From Gemmatimonadales bacterium (GTDB lineage: Bacteria > Gemmatimonadota > Gemmatimonadetes > Gemmatimonadales > GWC2-71-9): a stretch of 39,539 bases of DNA. This document shows, in pieces, positions 1-8,486 of the stretch (positions are counted from its first letter, which is position 1; each line of letters begins with the position of its first letter). A program made the translations under genes and the position numbers. The DNA is taken from positions 1-39,539 of the forward strand of contig DATMZX010000298.1 of NCBI GenBank assembly GCA_035573235.1. The letters are read 5' to 3'. The notes beneath the pieces are model-generated. The model searched no databases, had not been told where the DNA came from, and saw only the letters and a program-made list of their open reading frames with translations.

Positions 1-451
1 GCGAGAAGGTGTGGGCGGCCGCCAGGGCGTTCCACAGCTCCTCGAGCCGGATGGCGGCGTCGGTTTCACCCGCCTCCCACAACACGTTGGCGATCTCGGC
101 GTAGATCCGCGTTCCGTGGCCCCGCGGCGCGAGGCGCGCGAGGACAGGCCCCAGCAGGTCCCGAAACTGCGCCCACTCCGTCTGGCCATTCGAGATGAGC
201 TGCTCGATGATCGGCGTGGAATCCATCACGGCGAGCTGGCCCGAGTCCACGAGCGATTTGATATGGACTTTTCCGTCCCCGAGCCGGTCGAACAGCTGCT
301 CCACCCGCCGGGAGGGCGCGATGACCAGCAGGCTTTTGCCGTGCCGCAGTCCTGATTGGAGAAAGACGAAGGCCGTTTCGGTGAGGCGATCGGCGTCGCG
401 ATGAAACTGGGCGAAGTGGCGGCCTGCCGGCGCCTCGACCAGGAGAGTCAC
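1..451 (-). CDS. MEDS-domain protein, N-terminal ~150 codons (gene runs off the left edge)
   Basis: Absent from the ORF track because it is open at the window edge. Reverse-strand translation from GTG (449-451) reads VTLLVEAPAGRHFAQFHRDADRLTETAFVFLQSGLRHGKSLLVIAPS...RIYAEIANVLWEAGETDAAIRLEELWNALAAAHTF. It aligns along its length with the product of 455-1243. It starts 3 nt after that gene's TAG. Confidence 0.7.
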   Translation of the reverse strand, partial: MTLLVEAPAGRHFAQFHRDADRLTETAFVFLQSGLRHGKSLLVIAPSRRVEQLFDRLGDGKVHIKSLVDSGQLAVMDSTPIIEQLISNGQTEWAQFRDLLGPVLARLAPRGHGTRIYAEIANVLWEAGETDAAIRLEELWNALAAAHTFS

Positions 452-454
452 GAA

Positions 455-1243
455 CTACTGCAGTGATTCGTCGTAGTAGCGGCGGGCCCGCTCCAGCAGC
501 GCGGCGCTAACGGATGGGAGGTTTCGCTTCACCCACAACATCGTGCGCTGGCCGCTCGGGAAGCGGCGTTCGCCCGCCTCGTGATGGCGGCTGAAGCCGA
601 CCATTTGCGACAGCGGGACGCCGAACACGTCGCGGCTGGCCGCGTCCAGGGCCACCCGAAACCGCTCGTCGTCGGACGTACCGAGAACATCCGAATGCGT
701 GCGGCCGATCTCCTCGAGTGGCCCCTCGTACGCGTGATCGTGATGCACGTCGAGCATGTAGCTGCAGAACAAGGAGAACGGATACAGGCGTGCGAGCTCG
801 TTCCAGTACTCTTCGAGGCGAATGGCGGCCTCCTGCTTACCCTCTTGCCACAGCAGATTCACCATCTCGCCATACGCTCGCGTCGTACCGCGCCCGAACG
901 CCCGTACCCGCTCGAAAACCGCCCCGGCAGCCCGGCGAAAATCGTCCCAATCCGGCGTGTCGTTGCGCATGAACTTGCGCAGCGTGAGCTCGGCGTCGTG
1001 CAGCTCGAGCTGGCCGGACTTGAGAAACTCGCCGGGATCGAGGTCGTGCTCGCGCAGCCGCGTGAGGAACAGATCCGCGTGCTCCGGCGCCGCGATCACC
1101 ACCACGCCATTGCCGCGCCGCAGGCCCGTCTCCAAGTACAGCGTGACGGCGTCCGTGAGGGCCTGCGGGTCGCGATGCAGCTGCGCGAAGTGCCGGTTGA
1201 CCGGCGCTTCGATCAGCAGCGCACTAACGAGTGGTGAGGGCAT
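455..1243 (-). CDS. MEDS-domain protein (DcmR-type sensory domain) with a ~80 aa C-terminal extension
   Basis: 262 aa ORF with an ATG start. The pattern HFAQLHRD...GLRRGNGVVVIAAPEH...GQLELHDA...RAYGEMVNLLWQEGKQEAAIRLEEYWNEL...LFCSY matches the MEDS family layout. Confidence 0.8.
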   Translation of the reverse strand: MPSPLVSALLIEAPVNRHFAQLHRDPQALTDAVTLYLETGLRRGNGVVVIAAPEHADLFLTRLREHDLDPGEFLKSGQLELHDAELTLRKFMRNDTPDWDDFRRAAGAVFERVRAFGRGTTRAYGEMVNLLWQEGKQEAAIRLEEYWNELARLYPFSLFCSYMLDVHHDHAYEGPLEEIGRTHSDVLGTSDDERFRVALDAASRDVFGVPLSQMVGFSRHHEAGERRFPSGQRTMLWVKRNLPSVSAALLERARRYYDESLQ

Positions 1244-1315
1244 GGGGGGAGTGTAGGACTAGCCCAATCGGGTAACAATCAATCTTTCGGGCAATCCACG
1301 GCCCAATCCGATGGA

Positions 1316-1960
1316 CTAGACCGTTGGGGCGATTTTGCCAAAACTGAGCTTGATCCCGTCGAGGATGAACTGGACCGCGATCGCGCACAGCACGAGGCCC
1401 ATCAGCCGGGTCAGGATCCGCATGCCGGTCTGCCCCAGGCGCCGCTCCACGAGGCTCGCCGCCGAGAGCACGGCGTAGGTGAGCACCGCGGTCAGCGCGA
1501 TCGACACGTACACGGCGGCGATGGTGGCCGGCGTCTTCGCGCCGAGGGCGAGGACCATGACCGTGGAGATCGCGCCCGGGCCCGCGAGCATCGGCACGCC
1601 GAGCGGCATGATCCCGATGTCGTCCTTCTGAATGCCTTCGGCCTTTTCGACCGGCGTCTCCCGCTGCGTGCTCTGGCGCGCCTGCACCATGTCGAGCGCG
1701 TTCAGCCCGATCAGGACGCCGCCGGCGATCTTGAACGCGCCGATCGTGATCCCGAAGATCTTGAAAATCAGGCTGCCGGCCAGCGCGAACGCGACGAGCG
1801 TGATCGCGCACGTCCACGCCCCGCGCCGCGCCAGGACGCGGCGCTGCGGGGGCGAGTCGCGGTACGTCATGGCGAGGAAGGTGGGAATGACGGCGAACGG
1901 ATCGACGATGAAGAACACCGACGTGAAAATGAGCAGCAGGTCCATCACGCGCGAATTCAT
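1316..1960 (-). CDS. MarC-family (UPF0056) integral membrane protein
   Basis: 214 aa, multi-helix hydrophobic protein. The FFIVDPFAVIPTFL start and the GPGAIST motif are typical of MarC. An alternative ATG lies at 1945. Confidence 0.85.
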   Translation of the reverse strand: MNSRVMDLLLIFTSVFFIVDPFAVIPTFLAMTYRDSPPQRRVLARRGAWTCAITLVAFALAGSLIFKIFGITIGAFKIAGGVLIGLNALDMVQARQSTQRETPVEKAEGIQKDDIGIMPLGVPMLAGPGAISTVMVLALGAKTPATIAAVYVSIALTAVLTYAVLSAASLVERRLGQTGMRILTRLMGLVLCAIAVQFILDGIKLSFGKIAPTV

Positions 1961-1967
1961 CGCGCGC

Positions 1968-2801
1968 TCAGATCACGACCTGAACGACGCGGTCTTTCCC
2001 CGCCTTCTTGGCGTCGTACATCGCCTGGTCGGCGCGGCGCAACAGGTCGTCGGTGCTGGCGTCCGTCGCGGTGCACGACACGACGCCGATGCTCGCCGTC
2101 ACGCTGGGTGTGCCCTTGAACACGTTGCGCAGGCTCGCGACGAGGCGCTTGGCGGCGGCATCGGCCAGATGCGCGTCCGTTTCGGGCATCAACACCCCGA
2201 ACTCGTCGCCTCCCAGCCTCCCGACGACATCCGCGGTCCGGACCGATGTGCGCATCGCGTCCGCGACGAGCCGGAGCACGGCATCGCCGGTCTGATGCCC
2301 GTGGGTGTCGTTGATGAGCTTGAAGTTGTCGAGATCCATATAGATGAGCGCGAGCGGGCGGGGATAGCGGCGGTTGCGCTCGAGCTCTTGGCCCAGGCGC
2401 TCGGCGAACGCGCGCGCATTCAGCACGTTGGTCAGCACATCCTGCGTGACGAGCTGTGCCAGCTGCGCCTGGCTATGCCGCAGCTTCTGGAGTCCCGCCA
2501 TCGCCACGGCGACGACCAGAACGTAGGCCGCGGCGTTGCCGATGCGCCACAACAGCGGCGTGTCGCCCGGCATCTGCGACCACGCCACCGTTTCGCGCAG
2601 CGCGATCGACGCGATGCCGAACACGATGCCCCACGTCAGCCCCTCGGTCCACGTCACGAGCAGCACCGGAATGACGTACAGGACACCGAGGCGCGCCGCG
2701 GGCGGGGTGGTCACGTTGATCCAGTAGACCGCGAGCGTGAGCAGCAGATAAGCCGCCACGCGCAGCGCGCGCCGGAGCAGCGGCGAAGCGACCAGCGGCA
2801 T
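1968..2801 (-). CDS. Membrane-anchored diguanylate cyclase (GGDEF domain)
   Basis: 277 aa. The N-terminal ~100 aa is hydrophobic, followed by a GGDEF domain (YMDLDNFKLINDTHGHQTGD, RLGGDEFGVL). Its ATG shares 1 nt with the moeA stop (TGATG). Confidence 0.85.
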   Translation of the reverse strand: MPLVASPLLRRALRVAAYLLLTLAVYWINVTTPPAARLGVLYVIPVLLVTWTEGLTWGIVFGIASIALRETVAWSQMPGDTPLLWRIGNAAAYVLVVAVAMAGLQKLRHSQAQLAQLVTQDVLTNVLNARAFAERLGQELERNRRYPRPLALIYMDLDNFKLINDTHGHQTGDAVLRLVADAMRTSVRTADVVGRLGGDEFGVLMPETDAHLADAAAKRLVASLRNVFKGTPSVTASIGVVSCTATDASTDDLLRRADQAMYDAKKAGKDRVVQVVI

Positions 2802-4018
2802 CAGTAGGGCGGCTCCGCGACGTGCTGCGGATCATCGAGCACGATCGCGTCGAGCTCGGTCCCCACGGCAACCGTGGACATGTCGGCGGGGACGATCAGC
2901 AGTGCATTAGCGCGCGCCATGCTGGTGAGAATGCCAGACCCCTGCGGTCCTGTCAAACGCGCCTCGCTCCCGGTGACGATCGCACGAAGATAATGTCGCA
3001 GCCTGGGACCGAGCGTAATCGGTTCCCGCACGGCGACGCGCACGGTGCGGCGAAACGGCAGCGGGTGTCCCTGCAGGCGCCGGATCGCGGGCCGGACGAA
3101 GAGCTCGAAGGTCACCATCGTGCTCACCGGATTCCCCGGCAATCCAATCCACGGAACGGCGCCCAGCAAGCCGAACCCCACCGGCGCGCCCGGCCGCATT
3201 CCGATGCGCCAGAACTTCAGCTCGCCTCCCAGCTCCTGAAGCACGTCGCGCACCAGGTCGTGCTCACCGACGCTGACTCCTGCCGTCGTCACGACGAGGT
3301 CGGCGTCGTTGCCGCCGCGCAGGTGCTCGCGCAGACTCTCCCGCGTGTCGCGCGCGACGCCGAGGTTGAGCGGCGCCGCGGCGCAGCGCCGGATCAGCGC
3401 GTCGAGCGTATAGGAGTTGGACGTCGCGATCTTGGTGCCGGCCAGGATCTCCTGTTTCTGATCGAGATCGACGATCTCGTCGCCCGAGCCCATGAACGCG
3501 ACGCGCGGCGAGCGGTGCACCAGCGGCTGGTCCTGCGCGATCGAAGCGAGCACGCCCAGCTGCGCCGGGCCGAGGGCGGTGCCGGCGGACAGGACCACCG
3601 TCCCTTTCCTTATATCTTCGCCGCGCCGGCGAATATTCTTCCCGGCATCGCGCGTGGTGCGGACCGTGACAGCGCCGTTCGTGCTCGCGTCGGTGTCTTC
3701 CTGGCGCAGCACCGTATCGGCGCCCTGGGGCACGGGTGCGCCGGTGAAGATGCGAATGGCCTGACCGGCGTTCACGCTCTTCCGGGGAAATTGGCCCGCG
3801 GCCACGCTTTCGATGACGGCGAGGCTGCCGCCTTCGCGTAAATCCTGACTCCGCACCGCGTAGCCGTCCATCGCGGAGTTGTCCCACGGCGGCAGATCGA
3901 TCGGACTCGCGACATCCTCGGCGAGCACGGCGTCGAGCGCATCGCGCAACGGCCGGCGCTCGGCGGGGAGCGGCTGGACGCTGCCCACGATCACGCGCGC
4001 GGCTTCGGCTGGCGTCAT
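2801..4018 (-). CDS. moeA: Molybdopterin molybdenumtransferase MoeA
   Basis: The MoeA layout is present throughout (SPIDLPPWDNSAMDGYAV..., TTGGVSVGEHD-like TTAGVSVGEHD, GLPGNPVS). I chose the ATG at 4018 (MTPAEAARVIVGS), which overlaps the mobB stop by 1 nt. The ORF-track start at 4075 would overlap mobB by 58 nt. Confidence 0.85.
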   Translation of the reverse strand: MTPAEAARVIVGSVQPLPAERRPLRDALDAVLAEDVASPIDLPPWDNSAMDGYAVRSQDLREGGSLAVIESVAAGQFPRKSVNAGQAIRIFTGAPVPQGADTVLRQEDTDASTNGAVTVRTTRDAGKNIRRRGEDIRKGTVVLSAGTALGPAQLGVLASIAQDQPLVHRSPRVAFMGSGDEIVDLDQKQEILAGTKIATSNSYTLDALIRRCAAAPLNLGVARDTRESLREHLRGGNDADLVVTTAGVSVGEHDLVRDVLQELGGELKFWRIGMRPGAPVGFGLLGAVPWIGLPGNPVSTMVTFELFVRPAIRRLQGHPLPFRRTVRVAVREPITLGPRLRHYLRAIVTGSEARLTGPQGSGILTSMARANALLIVPADMSTVAVGTELDAIVLDDPQHVAEPPY

Positions 4019-4536
4019 CACGGTGGAAGGATCTTGGCCCGATCCCAGGCGAGATTGGCGATCGTCACGAGCCACGACGTGTCGGTGAAGCGGAACACGG
4101 GGAAGGGCGCGCGCAGGCTGGCATCATCCGTGACCATCGCGACCCAGTCGGCGGGATCGTGCACGGCCGGATCGAACACCGGCTTCGGTCCCGCCTCGCG
4201 CCGGTAGACCTCGATCCTGGGTAGCGGCGCGCGCTTGAATCCCTCGACCAGGACGATGTCGGCGCCACTGAGGAAGCGTCGCGCCAGCGTGATCGGATCG
4301 GATTCTTCGGTGGTGCGCTCGAACAGCACCCGCTGTCCCGGCGCTTCCATCAAGACGCGCTCGGCTTTGCCCTCGTGCCAGTGCCGCCAGGTGTCCTTGC
4401 CCTTCTGATCCATGTCGGCGGGATGCGAGCCGTGCTTCAGCGTCATCACACGGAATTTGCGGCGCACGAGCTCGGCGGCGAGCGCGACGAGAAACGTCGT
4501 CTTGCCCGCGTTCTTGAGCCCGATGATGGAAATCAT
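4018..4536 (-). CDS. mobB: Molybdopterin-guanine dinucleotide biosynthesis adapter MobB
   Basis: 172 aa from the internal ATG (MISIIGLKNAGKTTFLVAL, a Walker A motif). The 95 upstream codons of the track ORF are an Arg-rich shadow inside mobA. There is a 4-nt overlap with the mobA stop. Confidence 0.85.
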   Translation of the reverse strand: MISIIGLKNAGKTTFLVALAAELVRRKFRVMTLKHGSHPADMDQKGKDTWRHWHEGKAERVLMEAPGQRVLFERTTEESDPITLARRFLSGADIVLVEGFKRAPLPRIEVYRREAGPKPVFDPAVHDPADWVAMVTDDASLRAPFPVFRFTDTSWLVTIANLAWDRAKILPP

Positions 4537-5138
4537 CCGCGTCGCTGCCACAACGCCTCCGCGCGCGCGAGATCGTCCGGCGTATTCACGTTGAAGAACA
4601 GCTCGTCGGGGTCTCCGAACCGCCGCACCTCGGCGAGCGGGACGATACCGACCCGCACGTCCGCGTGGAAGGAGATGGCCATGAGATCGCCCTGGTCGAG
4701 CCGCCTCGCAATGGCAGGGGCGCACGCCGGCCCATAGACCGCGCACAGCGGCTCGAGCCCCCGGCGCCCCGAGCTTTCCGGCAACACCGCGTCGTAGCTG
4801 CCCGTCGCCATGCGATCGCACAACACCCGGAGCAGGGCTTCAGGAACGAAGGGCATGTCCCACGCGACGCACAGCACCGGTCCGGGAGCGGCGGTCACGG
4901 CCGTGTAGATTCCGCCGAGCGTACCAAGCCCGGGTCGCGCGTCGGCGAGTGTTTTCAGGTCGGGGCGCCACGCGGCGGCGTCGGAGGCATTCGCGATCAA
5001 CAGCGGCGGCGTGCCGGTGACCGCCTGGACGGCGTCGACGACGCGATCGAGGATGCGGCGTCCCCCCACGGTCAGCAGGCCTTTCGGACTTCCGCCGTAG
5101 CGGCGAGCGGCGCCGCCCGCCAGCACGGCCCCACACAC
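4533..5138 (-). CDS. mobA: Molybdenum cofactor guanylyltransferase MobA
   Basis: 201 aa with a GTG start. It carries LAGGAARRYGG..KGLL and the typical MobA nucleotidyltransferase layout. Confidence 0.85.
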   Translation of the reverse strand: MCGAVLAGGAARRYGGSPKGLLTVGGRRILDRVVDAVQAVTGTPPLLIANASDAAAWRPDLKTLADARPGLGTLGGIYTAVTAAPGPVLCVAWDMPFVPEALLRVLCDRMATGSYDAVLPESSGRRGLEPLCAVYGPACAPAIARRLDQGDLMAISFHADVRVGIVPLAEVRRFGDPDELFFNVNTPDDLARAEALWQRRG

Positions 5139-5139
5139 T

Positions 5140-5949
5140 CTAGTAACGCCGGCCGCGCTTTTGCTCCAGGACGACGTCGAGCGCCATGACGAGGCCCCAG
5201 TGGTGATAGTACTTGCTGTCGGTGGGGGCGATCGCGAGGTCGTTGGCCGGTCCCGTCACGCGCGTCAACGACGTGATGACGTCCCGCGCCTCGAGTCGAA
5301 ACTGATAACCCTTTCCGATCGACGTCGTGATCCCTGCCGCGAACCCCGTCATGAACCGCGCGCCCTGCCCGTTGATATCCTCGATGATCTGGCGCTCCTG
5401 AATACCGCTGGCAGCCACATACGCGCCCACCACCTCGGTCGTACTGGTGGAAATGTTCACCACGCCCACGTTGAACCGCGCGTAGGGGCTGATCGACTTA
5501 CGGGGTGCGGCGCGCACCGTCGCGCCGACGAAAAGGCTGATGGCGCCCCCCGTGCCCTTGTCGGCGGTGATGTTGTCGCACATCTGCTGCGCCCGTTCGT
5601 TCGGGGGGTCGGGATTGAGGAACATCGGGGTGCAGGTGTCGTCGAGCGGCAGGCCGAGGTAGGAGATCTCGGCGTGAAATCCCAAATGCGGCCACGGGAA
5701 GTACGTGCCGGACGCGCCGATGATCAGGCTCGGCGAAATCGAGCGCGCGATGCGCAGCGTGTCGTACTGGCCGGTGCACACGCCGCCGCCCCCAAGCAGG
5801 CAAATCGGTTGCTTGTCGACGGTCCACAACCCATGTCCCGTGACGACACCGGCTCCAATCGTGAGCACGAGGTTGGGCTGGGACGTGGTCTGTGCGGCGG
5901 CGGACGACACGACGATCAGCGCAAGGGTCACACACAGGACAGGACGCAT
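5140..5949 (-). CDS. Hypothetical outer-membrane beta-barrel protein with a signal peptide
   Basis: 269 aa. It has an N-terminal signal (VVSSAAAQ), alternating beta-strand-like pattern, four Cys and a C-terminal aromatic residue (RRY). No specific family was recognised. Confidence 0.6.
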   Translation of the reverse strand: MRPVLCVTLALIVVSSAAAQTTSQPNLVLTIGAGVVTGHGLWTVDKQPICLLGGGGVCTGQYDTLRIARSISPSLIIGASGTYFPWPHLGFHAEISYLGLPLDDTCTPMFLNPDPPNERAQQMCDNITADKGTGGAISLFVGATVRAAPRKSISPYARFNVGVVNISTSTTEVVGAYVAASGIQERQIIEDINGQGARFMTGFAAGITTSIGKGYQFRLEARDVITSLTRVTGPANDLAIAPTDSKYYHHWGLVMALDVVLEQKRGRRY

Positions 5950-6368
5950 CAGACCTCGAGGTGACGGTGTTCAATCGCCAGACAGCGATCCATCACGAAC
6001 GGAATGCCGGCGGCGGCGGCGCGCTGCGCCGCGGCGTGATCCTCGACACCCTGCTGCAGCCAGATCAGCTTCGGCGGCGGGCGCAGCGCGAGTGCCTGAT
6101 CTACCACCGCCCCGGCATGCTCGCTACGGCGGAACACATCGACGACATCGATCTCGTGATCGCGCGCGGCGGCTTCCAGCGTCGGATAGCTCTGCTCGCC
6201 GAGAACCGTGTCGTGCCCGGGATTGATCGGGATGATCCGATAGCCCGCGCGCTGCAGATAACTCGAAACGGAAAAGCTGGGCCGGATCGGCTTCGGCGAC
6301 AATCCCACCACCGCGATCGTGCGAACCTGTCGCAGCAGGTCCCGCAGCTCGTCGAACGAGGGCGTCAC
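5949..6368 (-). CDS. CoA-binding domain protein (YccU/YneT-like)
   Basis: 139 aa with a GTG start. IAVVGLSPKP.RPS..V..YL...GY.IIPINP is the CoA_binding_2 signature. It overlaps the fdhD stop by 4 nt (GTGA). Confidence 0.8.
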   Translation of the reverse strand: MTPSFDELRDLLRQVRTIAVVGLSPKPIRPSFSVSSYLQRAGYRIIPINPGHDTVLGEQSYPTLEAAARDHEIDVVDVFRRSEHAGAVVDQALALRPPPKLIWLQQGVEDHAAAQRAAAAGIPFVMDRCLAIEHRHLEV

Positions 6369-7075
6369 TTGTGAAGATGCGGCGTGCCGCTGACCGCGCG
6401 TCCCACCAGCGTCATCCCCGAGCGTTCCGCGATCGTCACCGCGAGCGTCGACGGCACGCTCGGCGTCGCCACCCAGGCGACCCCCGCGCGAGCGGCCTTG
6501 AACGCCAGCTCGGCGGAGATCCGGCCCGTCACCAGCAGGCCGCGGCCTTCGATCGGGGTCCGCGCCAGCACCGCGGCCCCGATCACCTTGTCGACCGCGT
6601 TGTGCCGGCCAATATCCTCGGCGTGGAACAGCAGCTGCGCGCCATCGGTCAACGCCGCGGCGTGAATTCCGCCCGTCTCATTGTAGCGGACGCCGGCGGC
6701 GAACAACTGTTTGAAGAGTGTGCGGAGGGTTTCGGTCGCCGGCGGCTCACCGCGACCCGGAACAGCGCCCAGCGTCTGCGGATCGGCGAGCATCGTCGTC
6801 ACGGCGCCGCATCCCGAGGCGAGGACGCGCTTGCGATTCTCGCCTTTGACCTGGGCCACACGCTCCGGTTTCACGTCGGCCCAGAACCCGAGATCCGGCG
6901 CGCACGGTCTGAGCTGAATCAAATCGGAGATCGAGCCGATGTAGCCTTCGCCGTGCAGCCAACCGACCGCGAGCTCCTCGAGCTGATCGGGCGTGCACAT
7001 CCACGTGACCGCCGGCTCGCCATTGACCTCGAGCCACACCGGCCATTCTTCGACGACCGCCGAGTCCGCCTGCAT
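6365..7075 (-). CDS. fdhD: Formate dehydrogenase accessory sulfurtransferase FdhD
   Basis: 236 aa from the internal ATG (MQADSAVVEEWPVWLEVNG). It has the SGCG loop (LASGCGAV) and GGIHAAAL...EDIGRHNAVDK. The longer track ORF would overlap the upstream queD-like gene. Confidence 0.85.
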   Translation of the reverse strand: MQADSAVVEEWPVWLEVNGEPAVTWMCTPDQLEELAVGWLHGEGYIGSISDLIQLRPCAPDLGFWADVKPERVAQVKGENRKRVLASGCGAVTTMLADPQTLGAVPGRGEPPATETLRTLFKQLFAAGVRYNETGGIHAAALTDGAQLLFHAEDIGRHNAVDKVIGAAVLARTPIEGRGLLVTGRISAELAFKAARAGVAWVATPSVPSTLAVTIAERSGMTLVGRAVSGTPHLHK

Positions 7076-7100
7076 GCGGCCCTTGCGGTCGCCGGGCTGC

Positions 7101-7475
7101 TTACGGTTCTCCGTAGTATTCGGAGTAGAGATGGGGCCCCTCCTCGATGCGCACGCGGTGCAGCCGCACTCCGGGCGGCAGGCCGCCCATGATTCGTTCC
7201 CAGAGATACACCGCGAGCGCCTCGCCCGTCGGAATGGAGACTTCCTTGTTAATATGCCGCCCATCGAACCGGTCTACGACTTCGCTCCGGAGCAGCGCGT
7301 CGAGCGCGTTCAGGCTCATGACGCCACCGCGCGTGGGGTCGAACGGCCCCTTGATGGTGACCGCGCAGCGATAGCGATGGCTGTGATCGTGCGTCGCGCC
7401 GTGGAATTCGGGCAGGTCGGGAAAGCTGTGCGTCGCCGTAAACTCCACGATGCGCGTGAGATACCCGGTCGGCAT
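7101..7475 (-). CDS. 6-pyruvoyl-tetrahydropterin synthase / QueD family (COG0720) protein, atypical active-site motif
   Basis: 124 aa. Family blocks are FTATHSF, HDHSHRY, FDGRHINKEV, IPTGEALAVYLWERI and VRIEEGP. No Cys is seen upstream of the H-x-H zinc motif. Confidence 0.75.
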   Translation of the reverse strand: MPTGYLTRIVEFTATHSFPDLPEFHGATHDHSHRYRCAVTIKGPFDPTRGGVMSLNALDALLRSEVVDRFDGRHINKEVSIPTGEALAVYLWERIMGGLPPGVRLHRVRIEEGPHLYSEYYGEP

Positions 7476-7478
7476 AGC

Positions 7479-8486
7479 CTAGAATACCTGCACGGCGGTG
7501 GCCTTGAAAGAGAACACGACCTTCACCCCCGGCCCCAGGCCCAAGTCCTTCGATGCCTCGGCCGTGACCGCGGCTACGAGCTCAATGCCGCCGACGTCCG
7601 CCCGTACATGCACGCCCGCCCCGCGATGCTCGATGGCCATCCCGGTGATGCGTCCCGCCAGGACGTTGCGCGCGGAGGAGGGCAGCGGCTCCTTGCTGAC
7701 GAAGATGTCGGTCGGCGGGACGGCGACGACCGCGGGACCGCTGCGATCCGTCATGACGAAGAAGTCGGCGTCACCCACGCGGATGCGCTTCACGCCATCG
7801 CCCGGCGGCAGCTCGACGCGAAACAGGTTCTCGGGTGTCACGGGCGAGAGCCGACCTTCCGCGAGCGCGCGGATGTCGTCGCCCCAGCGGTACGCATCCT
7901 CGAGCTGATGCGAGGCGATGCACACCGCGAACGGCCGAGCCGCGCGCTCGGCGGCAAGCGCGCGATACAACGCGCCGGCCGCGGCGCGATCGGCGGAGCT
8001 GGCCGGCTCATCGAGCAGCAGGACGTCCGGCCGCAGCGCGAGGGCCCGCGCGACGGCCACGCGCTGGACTTCTCCATCGGAGAGCTCGTGACGCCGCCGC
8101 TCGAGCAGTGGCTGAAGACCGAGCTGCTCCACGACATGACCGATCATTCCCGCGGCGGCGTTGGTGCTCAGATCCCGCAGCCGTAGTCCGTACTCCAGGT
8201 TTTCGCGGACCGTCCCCCTGAACAACACCGGTCGTTGCTCGACGAGCGTCACCCGGCGCCGCAGCGCCGGCGGGGCACGCCGAGGCACGGGCTGGCCGTC
8301 GAACAGGACCTGGCCTTCGGTCGGCGTCTCGAGCAGCGCAAGCAGTCTGAGCAGCGTGCTCTTGCCGGAGCCGTTGTGGCCCACGACGGCCAGCGCGCCC
8401 GTGCGCGGCACGCTGAATTGGTCCAGGTCGAGCACGACGCGGCTCGCGTAGCGATGCTTGATGCCGCGGAGCTCAACCACTGCCAC
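7479..8486 (-). CDS. ABC transporter ATP-binding protein with a C-terminal TOBE/Mop-like domain (tungstate/molybdate type)
   Basis: 335 aa with a GTG start. It has Walker A GHNGSGKST, signature LSDGEVQR and Walker B LLLDEP. The C-terminal ~70 aa (NVLAGRITGMAIEHRGAGVHVRADVGG...VVFSFKATAVQVF) looks like a TOBE domain. Confidence 0.85.
   Translation of the reverse strand: MAVVELRGIKHRYASRVVLDLDQFSVPRTGALAVVGHNGSGKSTLLRLLALLETPTEGQVLFDGQPVPRRAPPALRRRVTLVEQRPVLFRGTVRENLEYGLRLRDLSTNAAAGMIGHVVEQLGLQPLLERRRHELSDGEVQRVAVARALALRPDVLLLDEPASSADRAAAGALYRALAAERAARPFAVCIASHQLEDAYRWGDDIRALAEGRLSPVTPENLFRVELPPGDGVKRIRVGDADFFVMTDRSGPAVVAVPPTDIFVSKEPLPSSARNVLAGRITGMAIEHRGAGVHVRADVGGIELVAAVTAEASKDLGLGPGVKVVFSFKATAVQVF

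Noticed and set aside
11-404. Plus-strand ORFs 11-355 and 195-404 from the track
   Set aside because: The minus strand here encodes a clear MEDS paralogue that is open at the window edge. The plus-strand products are Arg/Pro-rich shadows.
4537-4821. N-terminal extensions of track ORFs (mobB to 4821, fdhD to 7264, ptrB to 33784, amidase from 28190, UbiA-like from 29965, fusion protein from 34449, DUF62 from 24534, SnoaL-like from 33649, exported protein from 11244)
   Set aside because: The extensions overlap the neighbouring real gene and are Arg-rich and compositionally unlike the mature protein. Internal starts that give 1-4 nt stop/start overlaps match the expected family N-termini.
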